Assembly: GCA_010093705.1 (NCBI GenBank)
Contig: MU006091.1
Span: 744,001 to 808,000 of the forward strand
DNA length: 64,000 bases
Reading direction: 5' to 3'
Origin: Patellaria atrata CBS 101060
Taxonomy: Eukaryota
The first letter of the stretch is position 1. Each line of letters opens with the position of its first letter. The position numbers and the translations under genes are program-made. The notes under the pieces are model-generated. The model had not been told where the DNA came from and did no database searches. It was given only the letters and a program-made list of their open reading frames with translations. Of this stretch, positions 12,246-23,130 are shown one piece after another.

Positions 12246-12688
12246 ACTCGGGAAGAGAATGGATTCTTGGATATGAAATAGCTTGTAAAGACGGTAATCA
12301 TAGTACCTAAAACAGAGACGGTATTCATGGAATTGTATGAAATTTGAATCCAACTGGGAAACTATCGACCTGCAATTCTCCCATCTACAAATCACTTTTT
12401 TACGAGAAGCTAGCTATCAATATAAATACGGAGTAGTGCTGGAATATTGGAGACCTCAAGAACCATCATGTACTGCCAACTATCAGTCTGAGATGTTGAG
12501 TCGTGTCGGAATCCAGCAAAAGGTCCGCGCTATCACGTGCAAGACCGGTTTGCCTCGGCGAAAGCTGTTGCCTGCTGTTGCCTGTCGCAAAGACCCTCTG
12601 ATGAGTCATCCTCGCTTAGGAAATTAGCTCCTTGGCGGTGTACATATATTCTCGCTTTCCCTCTCAGACTCTCTTCTTTTTTTTCCTC

Positions 12689-12815
12689 ATCTTAGTGCAC
12701 GGGCTTTACGCATATCAGTGAGGATTCGTCCGAGATTGCGTTTTTGCTAGTTGAAAACTACTTATTTGACTGCTTCTGTTGGACCTCTGGTTCGGCAGGG
12801 AATTTTTGTAAAACA
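12689..12815 (+). ncRNA. U4: U4 spliceosomal snRNA
   Basis: ATCTTAGTGCACGGGCTTTACGCATATCAGTGAGGATTCGTCCGAGATTGCGTTTTTGCTAGTTGAAA closely matches the fungal U4 5' region (U6-pairing stems and kink-turn stem-loop), recalled from yeast snR14. It is followed by a stem-loop and the Sm site AATTTTTG at 12801-12808. The 3' end is approximate. Confidence 0.9.
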
Positions 12816-13142
12816 ACTCATCAACTTTGATTGGTATCTTTTCATTGATGGACTCGTTCGTTGAGCGGGACATTTAAGGAAAGGATCTGTGAGCATATGG
12901 TAGCTATCAATGGGCAACTTGATGGAGATTCAGATACAGTATAGTCATTCGATACGTTTACTTCCAATTTTGATATTATGAGATCTTCGATATGCAAGTC
13001 TTTACCTTGGTGTCAGTGATGTGATATCTGTACGTGCATGCAGCGGAGTCGGTTCCAGTGATATGGGAGGACGGTGGGTGAGGTGTCTGCCTGTATAACA
13101 AGTGGAGCTTCAGGTGTAGTTGTCTACTGTTCATCAACTGAG

Positions 13143-14365
13143 ATGGCAGGAAAGACAGCTCTCATCACTGGAGGTATGTGTTATCTTATGTAAATCGCAG
13201 TAGATACAACGTTCTCCGGCTGATGATGTCGGCTCAAAAGGTTCTGGTTTGCTTGGCCGTGAGGTCGTCAAAGCCTTCGATCTCGCAAGCTGGAAAGTCG
13301 TCGGTACAGCTTTGACGCGGACAAGTCCACCAAATATCGTCAAGCTTGATCTTCTCGATGAGAATGAAATCGCAAAGATTCTAGATGAAGTCAAGTTCGT
13401 CCACCTCAAACCCCCGTAGACGCGTCTCGTAGCTAACCTGAGCACGACCTCATAGACCAGATGTCGTTGTACATTGTAAGTCCTCACGATATTGTAAACG
13501 TCATGATAATTCAGGAATCTACATTCCTAACTGGCAACACATTTTCTAATCTCTCACTACAGGCGCCGCAGATCGCTTTCCCGACTCCTGCGACAAGAAC
13601 CCTGATCGTGCCAATGCCCTCAACGCTGGCTCCTCCAAGACACTCGCTTCCTTGACCTCCTCGCGTAAAATCTTCCTCGTCTACATATCCACAGACTATG
13701 TCTTCTCCGGCGCCCGCGGCGAAGCACCTTATACCACGACCGCAACACCTTCTCCGCCGAACATTTATGGTCAAACGAAACTTGATGGCGAGAAAGGCGT
13801 TCTGGAAGTGACACAGCAAGCAAATTCACAAGATACAAGTGAATATTCTGCTCCCAAAATCCCCCTCGGCGTGGTCCTACGCGTACCCGTTCTATACGGC
13901 GCGGCGTCCGAGCCGGCCGAAAGTGCTATCAACACGCTTGTGACCTCGGTGTGGAAAGCTCAAGAGGTCTCCACAGACGCGAGGATTAAGATGGACGATT
14001 GGGCTCAGCGATATCCGACCTGCACAGAGGACGTCGGTCGAGTCTGCGTTGATATCTCAACACTGTACACGTCGGATCTGAAACCCTCAAGTCCCACGGC
14101 CAGACCTTTGCCGAGGATATTGCATTTCTCGGCTGAGGATAGGATGACGAAGTATCAGATTTGCGAGATCTTTGCCGAAATCTTAGGCCTCACATTGGAT
14201 GGCATGGAGAAATGGGCTCCGAGTGAGGAGAAAGAGCAGGGCGGAGCGAAGAGGCCGTATGATTGCCACTTGGATACGAGTGAATTGAGGAAGCTGGGTG
14301 TGGATGTGAGGACGGTGGATTTTAAAGCATGGTGGAGACGCGAATTTAAGGCGTTCAGAAAGTGA
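13143..14365 (+). CDS. RmlD-substrate-binding / methionine adenosyltransferase II beta (MAT2B)-like NAD(P)-binding SDR
   Basis: Spliced KTALITG-GSGLLG Rossmann motif, KPDVVVHCAA, YISTDYVFSG, YGQTK (YxxxK), LRVPVLYG, RYPT, RPYDCHLD. Includes a ~20-nt micro-exon near 13456-13475. Confidence 0.85.
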
Positions 14366-15014
14366 GCGCCAATTCACTGGAAGAAAGCGATAGTTTGAGA
14401 GAAGCTGAATTTATCGGAAGCTCCTAGCTACTACTATAGTAAGGGTTAAAAGCACTCCTTTTCCCTCGGATATTGGTGGTAATATGAAAAGTTACTGCGA
14501 CCATTCTCGTCTTGTGTCATCACCGCTTACCCTCCAAGGCTGAGTGAACCTGGTAGAATTTAACTCATTGCTGTCAGTCCTAAACTTAGCTCAAGCTGAA
14601 GATATAGGAAGATGCGTTTATATCATTTCCAAAATGAGCGATACGCATAAAACAAATCGTTGTTCCACGATATGTCCCTGCTCGTAGAGATACCTTTGAG
14701 CACCCAACAGCTCCCCTGCAGACCCGTCCAGATCAAGAAAATCACAACGACAATCCATTTAGACATCACATATCACAAGCCGGGCCCGGTCGTCCATCCC
14801 CACAACCAAGACACCGAAAACAAACAAAAAGCTCCGCAGCAATGGATATCCAGTACGATACGGACCGCCAAGCCAGCCACACCTGCTGCGCCTCAGGCAA
14901 CAATCTAATATCAAACTCCCCTTTCCTCCCATATCCCCCTTCCAAAGCCAAAAAACACATCTACCACTTACCTCCCCCCTCACAAATTGACCAATCGAAC
15001 AACCCTTCCCCAAA

Positions 15015-16058
15015 ATGCCCTGCCTCCACCCCCTCTCCCCCCCCTACTCCCTCCTCCCCCGCTTGCACACCTATCTCCTCCTCCTCCTCGTCCTACCCCC
15101 TATCCCCTTCCCCTGGCCCTTTCACCTCCTCTCCGCCGCCGCCCTCGCCACCCTCACCGCCCGCACCGCCGTCGCCGCCATCCACGCCTTTGCGCTCCTC
15201 GCCATCGTCAGACGAGAGAGCGAGGCCGAAAGAGGGGGAAGGGGTCAAGGGGTCTACGACGCGGATGTCTTTGGTATCTGGGCCCTACTCGCCCCCGTCG
15301 CGATTGCGATGTGTTTGCTCCTCGCCGTGGAAAGGGGGAAGACGAAGCCGGTACTTAGGGTATGGGGTGTGCTTGTTTGTGCAGGGACGGTGGGGTCGTA
15401 CGTCGCTCTCCGCCTCTCTCGGCGCCATTTCGCTGGGGAGAGAGAAGTGGAGCGGGTGTGTGAAGATGGGGGCACGTTGAGACGGGGACAGCATTCCGTT
15501 TTTGTCGAGGGGGATGCGGTGTTTGGGATGGGGTTCGACGATGTTGCGGATAAGATCGCGCCGGCGGTTATGGTTTGTGTTGCGGTGGGGGTTTGGGGGT
15601 GTTTCAAGGTTGCCCGCTATGGTCGTTCTGATACCAACGTCAAACCCGCCCGTGGAATCGGACCCGAAACGCAGCCTACCGACCTGATCGCTCCCAGCAA
15701 ACCCCCTCGGCGCATTCTGAACAGTGGACTCCGCCTCCTGAACCACACAATCCTCTTCGTGTCCCCGATTCTCCTCATCGCCACGGTCGTGCTGAACGAA
15801 ATCTATCTCATGAGCCCCAAAGGAATAGGACCGGGTATCCCAACGATGGAGAAACCGGATGCAGTGGGGCAGTGGGGTGTTTGGGTCGCTACGGGGGTGG
15901 TTGTCGGGGGTGCGGTTGTGGGATGGGTTGTTGAGAGGATGGGGGGACGGGGACCGGGTGGTGGGGAGATTGGGGGGAGAGAAGCGGATGGGGTGAGAAT
16001 TGAGGATGACGTGGGGAGAACGTGGTGGCGTAGGGAGGAGGGGGTGGTTGTGAGATAG
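15015..16058 (+). CDS. Hypothetical multi-pass membrane protein
   Basis: 347-aa intronless ORF with about 6-7 hydrophobic segments. P..Y.LLPRL..Y start and VGQW near the last TM resemble an uncharacterised Pezizomycotina membrane family. Confidence 0.6.
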   Translation: MPCLHPLSPPYSLLPRLHTYLLLLLVLPPIPFPWPFHLLSAAALATLTARTAVAAIHAFALLAIVRRESEAERGGRGQGVYDADVFGIWALLAPVAIAMCLLLAVERGKTKPVLRVWGVLVCAGTVGSYVALRLSRRHFAGEREVERVCEDGGTLRRGQHSVFVEGDAVFGMGFDDVADKIAPAVMVCVAVGVWGCFKVARYGRSDTNVKPARGIGPETQPTDLIAPSKPPRRILNSGLRLLNHTILFVSPILLIATVVLNEIYLMSPKGIGPGIPTMEKPDAVGQWGVWVATGVVVGGAVVGWVVERMGGRGPGGGEIGGREADGVRIEDDVGRTWWRREEGVVVR

Positions 16059-16470
16059 GGGGTGAGGGTTTGGGTTTGAATGGGGTGGGTTCGTTGGTAG
16101 TATGGTTACCGGCTCCGTACGAGCTAGGGTATCTTGTACGTTTGGGACTCTATTGTGCGTTTATGGCGTATATTGCGTGGAGACCCTCAGGTTGTGTACG
16201 CACGGTGGAATATCTAGGGGAGATGGTACGACTGCTGCTCTTCCGTATTATTCTGGCTGTCTAATATCGTGAAATGGATGGGTTCTCTTTTAGTGGGCGT
16301 ACAGTAGCTGTGTAATATCACAACAGGGGCAAGGTTATCACATTTTGCAGAACCGAACAACCATAGGATCGATTCTACAATGAGACGAGAGCAGTCATAT
16401 TCTTTTCGTAATCTATATAACAGCAAGAAAGCCACCCATCTGACCGCCGATTACTGCCTATCATAAGACC

Positions 16471-16640
16471 ATAAAGAAAAGAAAACTCTCAAAGACAAGA
16501 GAAGCATCCTCAAAGGCCAAAGAAATATCCCAAAAACAATAGAAATCTCACCAAAGACAAAAGAAACCTCCCTATATACAAAAGAAAATCTCCTCCAGAA
16601 ACAAAAGAAACTATCACCAAAACAAAAGAAAAGACCCCAA
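16471..16640. repeat. Degenerate ~21-22 bp A-rich minisatellite (about 7-8 copies)
   Basis: Successive units such as AAAACAATAGAAATCTCACCA / AAGACAAAAGAAACCTCCCTA / AGAAACAAAAGAAACTATCACC. Confidence 0.65.
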
Positions 16641-16678
16641 CTCCCGCTCCCACCAAAACAACCCACACACCGCAAAAT

Positions 16679-18892
16679 CTACCAGTGGTACGCTGGCTTC
16701 TTCGCCGCACTTTCCTCCTGCACGGAGGACGCCACACTCGTGCTAGACACCGTCTCCACGGCCGGAGGACGGTAATTGCTGGCCCGTACCGGGCCATCAA
16801 ACCACCCCAATCCATGCGGAGAGGGGGTGGACCTCGGGACACGTCCCGGACGCAGCCCGCCGGCGGTTGATGATACCGTACTCCCCGCAGGGAGACGGGA
16901 GACGGGGGAGGGGCTGGGACTCGGACAGCCCCGAGCAGCATCCAGAGTCGAACGGATCGACCCTTGTTCTGGACGAGGGGGAAGCCAGAAACCGAAGAAA
17001 CGAGGGGTGTACGCAGGTGTGACGGGCCCGCGCACAGAGCCCTGTACGGACGGTACTGGTCCGGGAGGCGACGGACTACTAGCTGGGAAGCTAGTAGTGG
17101 GGACAATTACGGCCCTGGGGGAGGTCGGGGCGAACCGTACCGATTTGGTAGATTGTACGGTTGGGCCGAGAGGAAGCGGATTCATTGTGAACCAGCTATC
17201 CGCTGCTGGTTTATCCCCATTTGGGACCGTCTCCTCAGTACCGACCTGGGAAATGACTGAGGGGGAGGGTGTATCTTTGGCAATCCTCCCCTGTACTGCT
17301 ATGGTGCGTTCTGCGGATTCTGGTTCCCGAAGATTTGTAGACGCTTGCGACTTAGGCTGATTTCCCCCTATCGGGGTATTATTCTTACGCGCAGGTCGAA
17401 GTACAGTCGCTGTACCCTCGGTCGCGTCAATGATATCATACCCTTTGTAGCATTTCTTCAACTGTTTGGGGGTCGTAGGAGGAAGGGTAGGATTGGGGGT
17501 AGCGGCTTTGTTCTTGACCAATGCACCGCTCATCATGAACTGCCCCTCTTTCTTTGGGCGAGATTCACGCTGTGCTTGCGTGGAAGAGGGCTTGTTTTGG
17601 GTTTGAGGAGGGTTGCTTGACTTCTGTTGACGGGATCCATGCGCTGGCTGAGCAGACGTAGACTTGTGTTCCATCTTCCCACTTGCACTTGGCTTCGAGG
17701 ACTGATCTTTCTTAGGTTCTTGACTTCGATCCGCAGACTTCTGCTCCTTCTTAGGTTTTTTACCGGATTCCGATTGCCCATTGAATTTGCGGACAGCGGA
17801 ATCGGTCTCTTCCTTCACGGGTGGGAGTACCCGGTCCTTAATATTCACCTTCCTCTCTCCTCTGGCTGAATCACTCTTTTCCTTTGAAGTTCCAGGTTTT
17901 CGGATATTCGGGGGGGAAACGACATAAGCTTTACCACGTTGCTTATCTTTGACGACATAGGTGGAGTGCGATGTTGGTGGAAGTACCTTTTTTTCCTTCT
18001 TGACTTCTGGCTCTCCAGGTGGATTTGATTGAGCTCTGGGGTTCTTGATTGGAATAATGCTTTGATATTCATTCAGTGTACGACGGATGGTTTGAAGAGC
18101 AGCATCGCGTGTCGTGATCTGATGCTTGGGTGTGTCCTCAGGAGTGGTCTTTCGCTTGAGCACTATGAGGGGCGAGACATCCTTACTAGGGTGTTCAGCT
18201 GGAGCTGATTCCTTCTTTGGAATTTTAACCGGAGCTGTGGTTTTGCTGGGGACTTCAGCTGGAGTTGACTTGTTGCCTTCTGCTTTGGAGATGCGCGGCT
18301 TATTTCCCAATTCGCGACGTTCTGCTCTTGCTTGAACATCTGGGAAAGCTCCGCGATCATCGATAGCACTGCCATAGGTAGTGATAGCGTCAATTGGAAC
18401 TGCTGAATTCTTTGCTGGTTGACCCGTTGCTGTCTTCGAGTATGATTTACTTGAAGCATTGTTAGGTGATTTGAAATCTTGTCCGTCGTCAATGTAGCTT
18501 CCGCCAACGGAGCCGGATTTTGGAACCATTGTTTCGTGATTCTGGGTCTGGACTGGTGAAAGTAATGTCTTCGCTGATGAAGGTTGAGCACCTCTGCTTT
18601 TGAATGATCTAACAGAAATGCTGTCCCAAGGAGCAACGTCGTCGTCAGTCACTGTGCTAAAGCGACTGGGAAGAGGAACGATGGAAGGTGGAGAGAAAGA
18701 AGGAGGAGAGAAGGAAGACGCGTCCGTTTTGTATTGTTGACTTTGCTGACTCCTCGCACCTACCTTGGCGACGTTTCGATCCGAATTGGGGTTTTGAGAG
18801 CTTTCGGAACGCGCCTGCCTTCGGCTTGGAGATATTCCGGGGCCTTTCCCTTCCTCGTTGTCTCTCCTTCCGTGACTTCCATGACTACTCAT
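16679..18892 (-). CDS. Hypothetical low-complexity S/P/K/Q-rich, probably disordered protein
   Basis: 737-codon uninterrupted ORF with no recognisable domain. Confidence 0.65.
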   Translation of the reverse strand: MSSHGSHGRRDNEEGKGPGISPSRRQARSESSQNPNSDRNVAKVGARSQQSQQYKTDASSFSPPSFSPPSIVPLPSRFSTVTDDDVAPWDSISVRSFKSRGAQPSSAKTLLSPVQTQNHETMVPKSGSVGGSYIDDGQDFKSPNNASSKSYSKTATGQPAKNSAVPIDAITTYGSAIDDRGAFPDVQARAERRELGNKPRISKAEGNKSTPAEVPSKTTAPVKIPKKESAPAEHPSKDVSPLIVLKRKTTPEDTPKHQITTRDAALQTIRRTLNEYQSIIPIKNPRAQSNPPGEPEVKKEKKVLPPTSHSTYVVKDKQRGKAYVVSPPNIRKPGTSKEKSDSARGERKVNIKDRVLPPVKEETDSAVRKFNGQSESGKKPKKEQKSADRSQEPKKDQSSKPSASGKMEHKSTSAQPAHGSRQQKSSNPPQTQNKPSSTQAQRESRPKKEGQFMMSGALVKNKAATPNPTLPPTTPKQLKKCYKGYDIIDATEGTATVLRPARKNNTPIGGNQPKSQASTNLREPESAERTIAVQGRIAKDTPSPSVISQVGTEETVPNGDKPAADSWFTMNPLPLGPTVQSTKSVRFAPTSPRAVIVPTTSFPASSPSPPGPVPSVQGSVRGPVTPAYTPRFFGFWLPPRPEQGSIRSTLDAARGCPSPSPSPVSRLPAGSTVSSTAGGLRPGRVPRSTPSPHGLGWFDGPVRASNYRPPAVETVSSTSVASSVQEESAAKKPAYHW

Positions 18893-19216
18893 CCTGTCGA
18901 AGTTGAGACTACCTTAGCAAAAATGAGTCAAATCAGTCAAATATGAGGGAGTTTCTAGACAAAAGATGAGTCAGATAAATGAAATCCAGAGCAGGTTTGA
19001 GTCTGATAAGAACTGATTGATTTATAGGAAAATTGAGAGTAGAAGGAGATAAAGGCGTTCGAATGGGTTGAAGTTTTCTGTCCGAATATGAGCATGACCT
19101 ACCTTAACAGCTCATGTGATCAGAGAGAGCGAGATACGGAGGGCCCAAACATGACAACATGGCCGAACATCGAGATATAGACCTACGCAAAACTGGACTT
19201 GAATATTACAAAGGCA

Positions 19217-20041
19217 TCACAATTTCGCCTTTTCCCTCTTCTTCTCCTCTGACCATCTCCTCTTCAATGTCCACCCCCTGAAATAATTCCACAATGCAAC
19301 TGTCGCTCCAAAGGGAGGACAAAGTAACAGCAACCAACCCCACCATCGAGGACTGTTGTTTCTCACCACAGTCATGACCCTCTCAACCTCCCGTTTGAGC
19401 TCGTCTTTATCCCCATCATTCCATACCACCACTCCTCTCCCTTTTCCTTTTGCTTCTGCTCTCGCCGCCTTTTCCCTCACATCCGTCTGACTCAAGACTC
19501 TCTTTCTCGCATCATCTTCAGTAAGATGCGGATCTCTCTCCCTTAACCTTCGCATTTGTACCACAGGATCTGTGACCGCCACGACCATAATAGTCCCACA
19601 GAACGGTTCCCATCCACTCTCAAACAAGAGTGGAATGTCTAGGACAACGGCCCATGCACCACTGAAATATGCCTTCGCCATTGACTTCCATATCTCTTTC
19701 CTCACCGCAGGGTGTACAATCCCGTTCAGCACTTTCCGTTCTCTTACACTGTCTTCTGCATCTCCGAATACGTGCCGTCCCAGTGCCGGTCGATTTAGAG
19801 GTCTACCGTTGCCGCTCGGCCCATTTGGACCCCCGCATTCGGATTCAGGGAGCAAGAGGTCAGGTATCAGAGGGGCGAAGTGCCTGACGATGGCTGTGTA
19901 GCCTGGGGTTCCAGGTTCAACGACTTTCCGAGCTAGGACGTCGGCGTCGATGATTGGGAGGCTGTATGGAGGTTCCCGCAGGATATTTGAGACGCTGGAT
20001 TTTCCGGTCGCAATTGAACCAGTTAGACCAAGCAGGAGCAT
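19217..20041 (-). CDS. CAB5: Dephospho-CoA kinase
   Basis: LLGLTGSIATGKS P-loop, IIDAD..AR..V.PG, LNRPALG..VF, LNGIVHP, VLDIPLLFE. Confidence 0.95.
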   Translation of the reverse strand: MLLLGLTGSIATGKSSVSNILREPPYSLPIIDADVLARKVVEPGTPGYTAIVRHFAPLIPDLLLPESECGGPNGPSGNGRPLNRPALGRHVFGDAEDSVRERKVLNGIVHPAVRKEIWKSMAKAYFSGAWAVVLDIPLLFESGWEPFCGTIMVVAVTDPVVQMRRLRERDPHLTEDDARKRVLSQTDVREKAARAEAKGKGRGVVVWNDGDKDELKREVERVMTVVRNNSPRWWGWLLLLCPPFGATVALWNYFRGWTLKRRWSEEKKREKAKL

Positions 20042-20563
20042 CGTAAATATTTAGTGGAGAAGCCGAAGCTTCGATAACACGGTCGAAGAAAGAGGTCCAG
20101 CGATCTAGATAGCTGTTGTAGTTGCAGAGTTCTATGGGGCTAGGAAGATCTACAGAGTGAGTATTCTCATGGAAGAGCAAAGATTCTGTTAGCTTGTCAG
20201 AGTTCAATGGCCGTTATTAACCATGTGTTTCCATCATGGTCCTGGATGGAAGTTGGAAGTTGGGAGCAAGGAGTCAGGTAGTGGGGCAGGGATGATGATG
20301 TGCTATTGAGCTCTCTGAATAACGGCGGAGACGATCGCCCAATGGGACTAATCGATATCCGAATTAACTTGATATTGAGTGATTGTTGCTTTTTTGAGAC
20401 ATACATAGATTTGAAGAAAAGATAAAAACAGTGAATCTTTTCTTGTATCTGATGCCTGAATGATGTTTCCCGCCTTGATACCGAAGCCTTGTTCTTACCG
20501 GAACGCCCGCTCGAACGCGTCAATTAACATATCATACCGTAGGGAAAATCATCACCTAGAGTG

Positions 20564-21553
<990 letters not shown>

Positions 21554-23130
21554 TGTTGTAGGTAATGGTACCGCAACCACAATGAGATGAGTTTATTAAA
21601 CAGCTCGTACTGTTTGTGATGGCTCAGCATGGGATGCAAACGAAGCAAACACCTTAATTTTTGGTCTAGGCGTCAAGCTGCTCCCGTCATTTACAAACCA
21701 AGGGACCCCTTTCGTTACTCACATAAACCACTCCCAAGACCGTTGGCGATAGTCTCGACAGAAAGATAGAAAGGTAATGCGAACATGTTGGAATTGATCT
21801 GCTTAAAAGCCTAATTCACCCCTTTTCGCACCCTTCTACCCCTATGCTCTGTAACCTCTGTTCTTTTACCTTCGTCACCCATAGACCCAAGCTTCAATGA
21901 GAAGCTGTCAGCTCTCTTCTCTTATTATCAATAAGTCCCTCATTTTTTGTATTGAATAAATGCAGTCATCGCCGTGATTTAGCGCAGGGTTGGAAGTACA
22001 TTATATTTTTCCTTTACGAAGTAATTCAGATTAACATCCTCCCATAGCCAAATCCATCTTAATTTACACATCAATGACTTCTTTAAGACTTTCAAAGATT
22101 ATTCTTATGGTAACCTAGCGACGCTGTGAAGGGAGTGATAGCGTATTCGTCCATCAGTTTTCTTCGTCCGTTTACATATATCTTGTTTCCCGTTCTTTCT
22201 AGTTCTCTAGGGCCGATCTAAATGACTTTAAACGCTGTTCATATACTTTAATTTGACCTTTATGCGCCAGCACGGTTATCTCTACAGCGTCTCTACTAAT
22301 TTCTTTATGAGTCAAAATCGTGATAAAAGACCCAATTCCAAAAACGAACGGAAGGAACACATTACGCTGGCTTCTCCTCCGTAGTTGATGCAGGGAATAA
22401 TTCTACAACGACTAGACATTAATGACATTGCTCAGTAGGTTCTCACGCGAGGGAGTGGGAGACTATCTTCGAATCGTTCCTCCTTCCTGAGTTCCGTCGC
22501 TCTCAACTCTTAAATGATTTATAAACGGAGCCCTACCTCACTTACAAGCTTCACAGGATATCACTTTCAGTCAAGTGGAGGCTCGTTCATGATCTCAACA
22601 ACTTTGAAACCTTTGTGTGAACAGTCGTCTACTTGAGTCCTAATGCCGCTCCTAATAGGAAGTAGTGGATTCTAATATCAAGTGGTTAGACGAATGGAGT
22701 GGCAGAGTACTGCAAAGTATACCACTCTGTACCCTGCTTAATGATTTCGAGACGATTGCTTTCAGAGAATCGAAGGCAGTATATGTGTCGGAGTAAAACG
22801 TAGAACACCGAAAACTCTAAACCGTAACGAGTATTGGGCTTTTTGAGGCCACCAACTTGTCTGATAGCATGTTTGTGTAGCTGTTTAGTTATAAGTAGTT
22901 ATAAGGCCAACAAATACAGTACCTTATTCCCCTACAAAAATTCGCGTCACGGAGCACAAAAAATCCCGTTCCGAAATAAAAAAAAGTCCCCTGCCAAGAA
23001 ATGGCCGTGCTTTCATGTCCAATTTATATTCCCTACTTAACAATCGATAGTGCCCTAGCATGTGCTTGCGACGACAAAAGGACTGTGAGTCCACCTCACA
23101 GCGCAAGTCCGACGAGCGCATCGATTCAGC

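Noticed and set aside
14842..15746. Several overlapping Pro-rich and Arg-rich ORFs in alternative frames
   Set aside because: By-products of extreme GC content and skew in the real 15015-16058 ORF.
18920..18975. Two TGAGTCA (Gcn4/AP-1-like) motifs upstream of the 737-aa ORF
   Set aside because: Very close to the ATG and equally explicable as branch-point-like sequence of a 5' UTR intron on the minus strand.
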